Assembly (NCBI GenBank): GCA_001803705.1
Contig: MHDY01000247.1
Location: forward strand, 1 to 32,374
Length of the DNA stretch: 32,374 nt
Source: Nitrospirae bacterium GWC2_56_14
Lineage (GTDB): Bacteria > Nitrospirota > UBA9217
Reading direction: 5' to 3'
This document shows positions 25,338 to 32,374 of this stretch, one piece after another (position 1 is the first letter of the stretch; every line of letters begins with the position of its first letter). The notes beneath the pieces are model-generated. The model was given only the letters and a program-made list of their open reading frames with translations, was not told where the DNA came from and ran no database searches. A program made the translations under genes and the position numbers.

Positions 25338-25826
25338 TTAGCTCCTATTTCCCGGTGCGTGCTCCGCCATGAACAACGCCCGCATTCTCAAATAGCGCCA
25401 CATGAACAGGAGCGCAAAGGATATGGGCCAGAGCAGCAGAAAGGGCCAGTGGACTTGAGAGCCCTGCTGCGCAGAGACAATGAGTACAACGGCGCTCGAC
25501 ATATAGTAGAGAACAACGCCGGACATGAACACCCACATATTCCTCCACCATGCTGTCAGGAACAACATGGCCAGGGGAATGCCGAACAGAGGCGGATCCA
25601 TGCTCCCCTGCAGCACATAGATCATGGAGATGCACATAAGCGGCCAGACGACCGCCAGTATCGTGCTGCGCCAGTCCCCGTGCCGCCGATGGTCCCAGAC
25701 GATCATGACGATCTGAAAGATCGGGAACCAGGGACCTGAAAAGAACACCTTTGCGCCGATCAACCACCAATAAGTCCCAACCATTATACCCCCAGACAAG
25801 CAAAACCATTTTTGCCACGAAGGCAC
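25338..25826 (-). CDS. Hypothetical multi-pass membrane protein
   Basis: Trp/Phe/Met-rich ORF with about 5 hydrophobic segments filling the gap; start uncertain (GTG 25826 lies in a repeat; ATG 25784 is an alternative). Confidence 0.5.
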   Translation of the reverse strand: MPSWQKWFCLSGGIMVGTYWWLIGAKVFFSGPWFPIFQIVMIVWDHRRHGDWRSTILAVVWPLMCISMIYVLQGSMDPPLFGIPLAMLFLTAWWRNMWVFMSGVVLYYMSSAVVLIVSAQQGSQVHWPFLLLWPISFALLFMWRYLRMRALFMAEHAPGNRS

Positions 25827-25917
25827 TAAGGCACTAAGAGAACCTTAGACTAAATGTTTAATAAAAACCAGGATCATGATCCGGCATTTCTTCGTGCCTT
25901 CGTGCCTTCGTGGCAAA
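25811..25917. repeat. Palindromic element with 8-mer CACKAAGG arms
   Basis: TTTGCCACGAAGGCACTAAGGCACTAAG ... CTTCGTGCCTTCGTGCCTTCGTGGCAAA. Confidence 0.85.
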
Positions 25918-25940
25918 GCTATTGTTTCCATTTTGCTTCT

Positions 25941-25976
25941 AAAAACAAAAAGGGCTGAGAAAAACTCTCAACCCTT
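25941..25976 (-). terminator. Intrinsic terminator after hemerythrin
   Basis: Minus strand AAGGGTTGAGA-GTTTT-TCTCAGCCCTT followed by TTTGTTTTT. Confidence 0.8.
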
Positions 25977-25997
25977 ATAAAGACCATCCCTGTCCTT

Positions 25998-26405
25998 CTA
26001 CATTTTCATCTTCAGATACATACCAAGCGCCCGGTCGGAATACTTGATATGGTTGACCAGCCAGTCGACGCAGAGGTCCTTGATCTCCTGAGCAAGAGGG
26101 GCATTGATGCCCTCCATCATAAGCCGGTCCTTGAGCTTCATGAAGGTCCTCACGAACTGTTCGTGCTGGGCCTTGTGCGCCGTGGCGCTGGAGTAGTTGT
26201 ATTTCGCCATATACTTCTCTTCGTTCCCGAAATGGAACACCACGTAGTCGGTCAGATACTGAACGATCTTTGAGATCTCTTCCCTGGCCGTGGTCCCCTT
26301 GTCAACGGCAAGAAGCAGGCTGTTCACGCGTACGATCAGTTCCTTGTGCTGGGTGTCGATGTCCGACGAGCCCGATGCAAGATTTTCACTCCACTGTAAT
26401 GACAT
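25998..26405 (-). CDS. Bacteriohemerythrin
   Basis: W..L.SG...IDTQHKEL, HFGNEEKYM, HKAQH and WLVNHI...D di-iron ligand set; RBS AAGGAG. Confidence 0.95.
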   Translation of the reverse strand: MSLQWSENLASGSSDIDTQHKELIVRVNSLLLAVDKGTTAREEISKIVQYLTDYVVFHFGNEEKYMAKYNYSSATAHKAQHEQFVRTFMKLKDRLMMEGINAPLAQEIKDLCVDWLVNHIKYSDRALGMYLKMKM

Positions 26406-26511
26406 ACCAACTGTTCTCCTTAGATCGATGTTTTTTCCACGGCATACTATAGCATAGCCTGGCCTCCGGCCACAACCAGAGAATATACCCTTTGACAGGG
26501 ACAATCCCGCC

Positions 26512-27498
26512 CTACCCCTGTTTCCTGCGGTTGGCATAACCGGGATACAAACGGGTTATGCAGTCGGGGCAGAGGCCGTGGGTGAACTCGGCGTCGGTAT
26601 GCTCGCTGATATAGGATTCGATGGTGTTCCAGTATCCCTTGTCATCGCGGATCTTTTTGCAGCCGGCGCAGATCGGCAGCAGCCCTTGCAGCGTCTTGAC
26701 GTCATCGACGGCCTTTTGCAGGTCCTTGATCAGTTTTTCCCGCTCCGCCGTCGCCTGCTTCCGCTCGGAAATATCGATGCAATACTCGATGACCTGCACG
26801 AGCGTTCCCCGGTCGTCAAAGATGGGGAAGCAATGTACCTCCATGTCGCGGCATTTTCCGTCAGCGCCGCAATGCGTATGCTCCACGGTAACGGGCTGGC
26901 CCGTTTCCTTGACCTTTTCAAAGGGGCAGGGATGATCGCTGCCGCTGCAGGGGGCATCGCTGAGGTGAGAAAGCTCATGACAGGCCATATTCTCCGGCAG
27001 TTTGCCCGGGTAGGCGGCGTAGTTCGCCAGTTTGAGATGGTGGGTTTCGGCGTCAATGACCGTGAAGGGGTGCGGCAGCGCATCGATCACCGCGGTCAGA
27101 AAGACATTCTGCTTCCGGATCTTTTCCTCGGCGACCTTGAGGTCCGTAACGTCCTTGATGATCAGCACTGCGCCGACACATTCTTCTTTTTCATAAAAAG
27201 GCGAGATCGAGATCTGCGTCTGGCGCACCTCTCCGGACTTGGTCCTCGTCTCCGCGTCCTTGTGCAGGACCGGCGTCTGTTCCTGCATGACGCGCCTCGG
27301 CGGACAGATGCCGCTGCAGAGCGCCGACCGCTCGCAGAAGATATCGTGGCAAACCTGCCCCACGGATTCCTGCGGAGAAAAGCCGGTCAACCGCTCAGCC
27401 GCCGGGTTTGAATAAAGGATGTCCATGTCCCGGTCGACAACATACACCGCTTCGCTCATGCTGTTCAGGATCGCTTTATGGAGATTGATGAATTTCAT
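26512..27498 (-). CDS. Tandem PAS-domain sensor with C-terminal Cys/His (putative Zn-binding) domain
   Basis: Two PAS domains (SNPAAERLTG; DALPHPFTVID), coiled coil, then LPICAGCKKIRDDKGYW...THGLCPDC; no kinase or GGDEF domain. Confidence 0.85.
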   Translation of the reverse strand: MKFINLHKAILNSMSEAVYVVDRDMDILYSNPAAERLTGFSPQESVGQVCHDIFCERSALCSGICPPRRVMQEQTPVLHKDAETRTKSGEVRQTQISISPFYEKEECVGAVLIIKDVTDLKVAEEKIRKQNVFLTAVIDALPHPFTVIDAETHHLKLANYAAYPGKLPENMACHELSHLSDAPCSGSDHPCPFEKVKETGQPVTVEHTHCGADGKCRDMEVHCFPIFDDRGTLVQVIEYCIDISERKQATAEREKLIKDLQKAVDDVKTLQGLLPICAGCKKIRDDKGYWNTIESYISEHTDAEFTHGLCPDCITRLYPGYANRRKQG

Positions 27499-27691
27499 AT
27501 GCTGGTACCCCTGTGTTGTCCACTTTTCGGGAACGTGCAGCCCTTCCTGAAGGACTTTAGTATCATACAACTTCGAGGGGTGGTTCCGCACTAGTTTTTT
27601 CAGGGGTTATGCTGAATGACAAGCAGGAATTGACGGAATGAAGAATGCGTGAGACGTTGTTTTATTTTGGCTTTGGTTCCAGTTGTCCCGG

Positions 27692-28243
27692 CTAAGTGGT
27701 TTTCCTGAGGATCGCCGACCTGCTGATACTCACCGGGGGGGCCTCTCCAACCGTAAACCCGGCGTCGCGGGCAAGCGCAACGATCCTTTGAAATTCCCGC
27801 TCCGTGACATGAATGCGCGGCTCGACCAGGAGCACGCTTCCAGACGGCTTCAGCGTCGAAAAAATCTGGTCTAATAATTTTTGTACATCAGCGACCTCGT
27901 GCGCCATCCAGAAGGCAAGGGCGAAATCAGCCGGACCGGTCGCGTGAATATCGTCCCGGGTTGCCCGCTGGAGAATGATGCGTTCCGAAAGCCCGGCGCG
28001 CTCAGCGCGTTTCCGAAGGGCATCGAGCATTTCCTGCTGAAGATCGACGCAGATGACTTTCCCCTGCGCTCCCACGAGCCCAGCCATTGCCAGGGAGAAG
28101 AACCCCATACCGCTGCCGAGGTCAAGCACGGTCATTCCGTCTCGAACAAAGGGAGCAAGGATCTTTTCAGGTTCATGCATGATGCGTCGGAACGGATTGG
28201 CAAGGGCATAGCCCAGCCACCAGGGACAGGTATGATGCTGCAT
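27692..28243 (-). CDS. Class I SAM-dependent methyltransferase
   Basis: HTCPWW N-terminus; VLDLGSGMGFF, VDLQQEML and LKPSG motifs; RBS AAAGGAG. Confidence 0.9.
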   Translation of the reverse strand: MQHHTCPWWLGYALANPFRRIMHEPEKILAPFVRDGMTVLDLGSGMGFFSLAMAGLVGAQGKVICVDLQQEMLDALRKRAERAGLSERIILQRATRDDIHATGPADFALAFWMAHEVADVQKLLDQIFSTLKPSGSVLLVEPRIHVTEREFQRIVALARDAGFTVGEAPPVSISRSAILRKTT

Positions 28244-28266
28244 GGTCTCTCCTTTATTCTTTTCTA

Positions 28267-28350
28267 CTTCACACTTCTCACTTCTCACTTCACATTTCAA
28301 ACCTCTCACTTCACACTTCCCACTTCACCCTTCTCACTTCTAACTTCTCA
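28267..28350. repeat. Heptamer tandem array (CTTCWCA x12)
   Basis: Twelve in-register units at 28267-28350; the last unit contains the USP stop codon. Confidence 0.9.
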
Positions 28351-28824
28351 CTCCACCACCCAGACAGCGCAGTTCTTTGCTTCGTGGATGAGGCGATTCG
28401 AGGTGCTGCCGAAGAGGAACTCCTCGGTCTTGGTCTTGTGGTGGCGGCCCACGACCACCGTGCAGCACGTAAGGTCGCAGCGGATCGCAAGAATGGCGTC
28501 GGACAGCGACTTTGCATCTCCCACGCAAACGTGAACGCGTACTTTGTCCTCGGGGAATCCGGATTGGATCAGGATCGTCCGGTAATGCTCCAGCAGTTTA
28601 TTCGCTGTACCGGTTTTTTCCTCGATCCAGGCCTTCAGCTCCGCTTCGGTCTCGTAAAAATCCTGTTCCGGTTCTGGGATAACGCTCAGGAGGGTGAGCG
28701 TGAAACCGGGGAAACCGCCGAGAAAATCGGCAACGTACAGCACGGCACGGCGCGAACTGTCCGATTCGTCCACCGCAATCAGAAGGTGTTTGTCTTTTAC
28801 GGGATTCTCAGGCTGGGTATCCAT
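28348..28824 (-). CDS. Universal stress protein (USP)
   Basis: LLIAVDESDSSRRAV...VVVGR...FGSTSNRLIHEA..CAVWVVE. Confidence 0.92.
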   Translation of the reverse strand: MDTQPENPVKDKHLLIAVDESDSSRRAVLYVADFLGGFPGFTLTLLSVIPEPEQDFYETEAELKAWIEEKTGTANKLLEHYRTILIQSGFPEDKVRVHVCVGDAKSLSDAILAIRCDLTCCTVVVGRHHKTKTEEFLFGSTSNRLIHEAKNCAVWVVE

Positions 28825-28855
28825 ACAAATACTCCTTTCAAAGACCCTCGGTCTT

Positions 28856-28890
28856 CAATCCGCATTCCGAAATCCGCAATCCGCAATCGA
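28856..28890. repeat. Heptamer tandem array (CAATCCG x5)
   Basis: CAATCCG-CATTCCG-AAATCCG-CAATCCG-CAATCGA abutting the kinase stop codon. Confidence 0.8.
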
Positions 28891-29850
28891 TTACAGCTCT
28901 CCCAGATCATCGAGCAGCTCCTGCGTCGTTTCATAGTACACCGGTGCGCTGACGGCAAAGTGCATCAATACCCGGTTCAGCTTTTCCGGGACATAGGGAT
29001 ATACCTTTTTAAGATTGTTCACCCGGTTATGAAAGACGATGTTCACATCGTCCTCCGTAAGGCGGTCGAACACGTCGGGGCGCTCCCGCAGGAGCCGATA
29101 GGTAGTAACATCGCCCCGTCCCGCAAGGAACAGGAGCACGTTCCCGAGGCCGAACAGGTCGTAGCCGAACCGGCTCTCACCGTGGCGGTAGTTGAAATCG
29201 AAGTCGATCCACCGGTAATGCCCGGTAGCATCGTCTTTGATGATGTGGTCGCGCCTGATGTCGCCGTGCTTCTCATTATGGTCGTGCAGAAAACGGATCG
29301 CCTCGGTGAGCCCCATGAACTCAGCAAGCAGCGCGGGAAAGTGATTATGGAAGTAATCCTCATGGTCCGATCCCAGTTCCAGCGCCACCTGGCCCAGGGT
29401 CTTGCCCCTGATATAGTCCAGGATGCGAAGCTGATTGCCTGCCGTATCGAGCACGGTCTTTCCCTGCATGAATGCCGGCTTGCCGCTCACCAGTTCGAGG
29501 ATCCGCGCCTCTTTCTGCGGGCTGCGCACGCAGTCGAATACCAGGTTCCCGATCCGTGCCTCGAACCGCTCCCGGAAGACCCATTTCAGGATCTTGACGT
29601 CGCCGGTCAGGAGGTTCCTGGCGCGCTTGACCCAGAACTTCTGCTCGTCATCGATCCCGAACCTGCCTTCGCGCTCGTTGTTCCTGACGAAGTAGGGCAC
29701 CTTGTCGAGCACGACCACGTCATCGTAGTCCACGCGAAAAAAGTCCGCCGTGTCCTTGATCCGCACCCGCTTCGGCACGCGTTCCCGCGGCACCCACTTG
29801 CGGATCATGCGAAGGAGCTCCTTTTCTGAATAGCCGTCCGATTCTCCCAT
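28891..29850 (-). CDS. Protein-kinase-like (atypical Ser/Thr kinase fold) protein
   Basis: KILK, KEARIL, LDYIRG, HGDIRRDH catalytic loop, WIDFD and DLFGLG motifs. Confidence 0.8.
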   Translation of the reverse strand: MGESDGYSEKELLRMIRKWVPRERVPKRVRIKDTADFFRVDYDDVVVLDKVPYFVRNNEREGRFGIDDEQKFWVKRARNLLTGDVKILKWVFRERFEARIGNLVFDCVRSPQKEARILELVSGKPAFMQGKTVLDTAGNQLRILDYIRGKTLGQVALELGSDHEDYFHNHFPALLAEFMGLTEAIRFLHDHNEKHGDIRRDHIIKDDATGHYRWIDFDFNYRHGESRFGYDLFGLGNVLLFLAGRGDVTTYRLLRERPDVFDRLTEDDVNIVFHNRVNNLKKVYPYVPEKLNRVLMHFAVSAPVYYETTQELLDDLGEL

Positions 29851-30064
29851 GAATGTTCTCCAGCTGGAAATAGTATACCATTTTCGTACACGTTACGATG
29901 ATTAAGTGGAGTGCGGGAGTTTTTTAAAACGGAAAGGAACGCTGACAAGTGAAGGGGAAACAGCTGCGGAAAGAACGACGGCAAGAGGCAGATTGCACGG
30001 GCTTTTCCCGTTCAGGGATCAGGGCTTTTCCTGAAAAAGCAGGGCGGCCGGGTCCGGAGCATCC

Positions 30065-32374
30065 TCACCTGTCCAGGACTTTCCGTATGTCCCTTGCAAG
30101 ACTCGCTTCGGTAAAGGGCTTGGACATCAGATCGATGTCCTCGTCCAGCACGCCGTGGCGCGCGATCATGCCGTCCTCATAGCCCGACATATAGAGCACC
30201 CTCGTCTCCGGATGGATCTCCCGCACCCGTGCGGCAAGCTCCCGTCCCCCCAGCTTCGGCATGATCACATCGGTGAGGAGAACATGCACCTTGCCGCGGT
30301 AGCGCCTGCAGAGATCCAGGGCAACCATGCCGTCCTTTGCCTCCATCACCGTATACCCCAGGTCGGAAAGGAGGTCCACCGCAAGCTCACGCACCACCTC
30401 CTGGTCCTCCACAACAAGCACGGTTTCCAGACCGCGCAGCAGGTCCTTGTCCTCCCGGTCCTTTTTCTCCTGTTCCACCGCATCCATGACGCGCGGCAGG
30501 TAGATCCGGAAGGTGGTCCCCTCGCCTACCACGCTGTGCACGGTTATGTGCCCCCCGTTCTGCTTCACGATGCCGTGGACCATGGCCAGCCCCAATCCCG
30601 TGCCCTTTCCCTGCTCCTTGGTCGTGAAGAAGGGTTCGAAGAGATGCGTCTTGACCTCGGCGGTCATGCCCTGCCCCGTATCCGACGCCGAGATCAGGAC
30701 GTATTCCCCCGGCAGGACGTCGAGCGCACTTTGCGCGTAGGTTCTGTCAATGCAGACGTTGGAAGTCTGGATCGTCAGCTTTCCGCCCGCGGGCATGGCG
30801 TCTTTGGCATTGACGACAAGGTTCATGAGCGCCTGCTCGAGCTGACCCGGGTCCGCCTTCGCATTGCCGAGGTCCGGAGCGAGCAGCACTTCCAGCTCGA
30901 TGTCCTCCTGGATGATGTGTTTGAGCATGCGCACGCTCTCTTCGATGACCATGTTGATGTTCATGACCTTGGGCCGGATCACCTGTTTGCGGCTGAACGC
31001 CAGCAGTTGCCTCGTGAGATTGGCGGCCATCTTGGCCGCCTTGATCATGGTTTCCATGCCCTTGAGGGCGCGGGCATCCTTGAGGTTCTTCATCACCACG
31101 CCGCTGTAGCCGAGGATGGCGGTCATGAAGTTGTTAAAATCGTGGGCAATGCCGCCGGCAAGCCGTCCGATAAGCTCCATCTTCTGCGCCTGGGCAAGCT
31201 GTTCCTCGAGGCGCCGTTCCTTCGTCATGTCCCTCCGGCTGGCCACGAACTGCATGACCTCTCCCCGTTCGTTGCGAACGGGGACCACGGTCATATGCTC
31301 CTGATATTTCGATCCGTCTTTTCTCCTGTTGTTCAAGACCCCTGACCACAGAGCGCCCTGAAGAATGGTCGCCACCGTCTGCGGCAGGAGCTCGCCGGGC
31401 AGTATCTGGGCGTCCATGGCCGTACCGATCAGCTCCTGCCGGGAGTAGCCCGTCAGCCGTTCCAGGGCGGGATTGATGTAGCTGATGATGCCGCTGCGGT
31501 CCGCGATCATGATGCCTTCCCCGGATTCCTCAATGGCCCGGGTGATCAGGTGCTCACGCTCCGCGTGCTTTTTAATGACCAGGGACTTCGTGACCAGGAG
31601 CGAGACGGCATCGATAAAACTTCGCTCCATGTCCCCCAGCGCGTTTTCTTCCTCAAAATAGAGCGAGATGATCCCCAGGACGGTCTGCTCGTGTTTGATG
31701 GGCAGACAATAGTGGCCATGCGGGGAGTCGTTCCCGTGGGTATGCTGATGATCGTCCCTGGAAAAATAGCCGTACACCAGTTCCCCGCTTCGGGCCGCCT
31801 GTCCGCAGATGCACGTACCCAGGGCGACCCGTGCGCAGGCGCTTTTCTGGGATGGTGAGAAGTTCTTCTCCGCCCTGAGGACGAGGGTGTTCGGATCGAT
31901 ATCATCCACCAGGAACACGCTGCCTTTTCCCATGATATTGAGCCATTTGAGGGAGAGGATCGTGTCGAGGACTTTCGCGAGGAACCGGTCGACGTCCTCA
32001 GCCTCCTGCGACGCCTTCAGGATATCGGAAAAAGCATTCTGCATCTCCAAGCGCTTGGAAAGGGCCTCGTTGCTCTGGTAAAGTTCCCTGAGCGTCTGAT
32101 TGGTGAATTCCGAAAGCCTGCCGATCTCGTCCTCGACGGGATAGATACTGATGGTCTTCTTTTTTCCGTCCCGAACGTCCTTGATCTCCGCGCTCAGGGT
32201 CAGGATCGGACCGATGAAGTACCGGTAGAGGCCCATCAGCACGAAGAGGATGCCGGTGCCCCCGGTCAGGTAGAGGAAGAGCACAATGTTCTTCTTTACC
32301 CTCCGCTCCTGCTCCGATCTGCGGCCAAAGGCCTCCCGGAATGCGGCTGTGGAGGTCTCGATCTTCGCCAGTTC
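30065..32374 (-). CDS. Hybrid sensor histidine kinase (TM-HAMP-GAF-PAS-HisKA-HATPase-REC), 5' end outside the window
   Basis: GGIAHDFNN H-box, NLVVNAKDA, DTGQGM, FEPFFTTK, GTGLGL and a REC domain (LLTDVIMP, KPF); the frame stays open to position 32374. Confidence 0.95.
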   Translation of the reverse strand, partial: ELAKIETSTAAFREAFGRRSEQERRVKKNIVLFLYLTGGTGILFVLMGLYRYFIGPILTLSAEIKDVRDGKKKTISIYPVEDEIGRLSEFTNQTLRELYQSNEALSKRLEMQNAFSDILKASQEAEDVDRFLAKVLDTILSLKWLNIMGKGSVFLVDDIDPNTLVLRAEKNFSPSQKSACARVALGTCICGQAARSGELVYGYFSRDDHQHTHGNDSPHGHYCLPIKHEQTVLGIISLYFEEENALGDMERSFIDAVSLLVTKSLVIKKHAEREHLITRAIEESGEGIMIADRSGIISYINPALERLTGYSRQELIGTAMDAQILPGELLPQTVATILQGALWSGVLNNRRKDGSKYQEHMTVVPVRNERGEVMQFVASRRDMTKERRLEEQLAQAQKMELIGRLAGGIAHDFNNFMTAILGYSGVVMKNLKDARALKGMETMIKAAKMAANLTRQLLAFSRKQVIRPKVMNINMVIEESVRMLKHIIQEDIELEVLLAPDLGNAKADPGQLEQALMNLVVNAKDAMPAGGKLTIQTSNVCIDRTYAQSALDVLPGEYVLISASDTGQGMTAEVKTHLFEPFFTTKEQGKGTGLGLAMVHGIVKQNGGHITVHSVVGEGTTFRIYLPRVMDAVEQEKKDREDKDLLRGLETVLVVEDQEVVRELAVDLLSDLGYTVMEAKDGMVALDLCRRYRGKVHVLLTDVIMPKLGGRELAARVREIHPETRVLYMSGYEDGMIARHGVLDEDIDLMSKPFTEASLARDIRKVLDR

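Noticed and set aside
28267-28350. Repeat arrays considered as possible CRISPR
   Set aside because: Units are 7-9 nt with no unique spacers, and there are no cas genes in the window
29924-30067. Histidine kinase UGA followed by GGA TGC (U-G-C)
   Set aside because: VLDR is a typical REC-domain end and there is no downstream domain similarity

Overview
GC-rich bacterial chromosomal window with no CRISPR array, prophage or transposase. The gene repertoire suggests an anaerobic Nitrospirota/Desulfobacterota-like host (inference). Most genes are on the minus strand. In order: DUF47-PiT phosphate uptake pair, PHP protein, cation-efflux transporter, stand-alone RodZ-type HTH, YihY-cNMP fusion, REC-PilZ regulator, sigma54-type lipoprotein/HMA pair, tRNA-Lys/tRNA-Glu, aminotransferase-serA-purA operon, MshEN-yjbQ-DUF1573 operon, ttcA, a desulforedoxin-like/histone-H1-like fusion, class II RNR nrdJ with tandem NrdR boxes, UPF0182, DUF4105, two alpha/beta hydrolases, hemerythrin, a PAS protein, a kinase-USP-methyltransferase operon and a 5'-truncated hybrid histidine kinase. 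Three observations stand out. (1) A hidden, probably exported DUF1573-family selenoprotein that the ORF track truncates at an in-frame UGA (S-U-G-C in place of S-C-G-C), followed by a SECIS-like hairpin. (2) A CxxC...CC metal-binding domain fused to a KKAA-repeat H1-like tail. (3) A dense set of intergenic palindromic elements built from 7-, 8- and 9-mer tandem units, including one ~145-bp element present twice in inverted orientation. All family calls come from motif recognition by eye; no searches were run.
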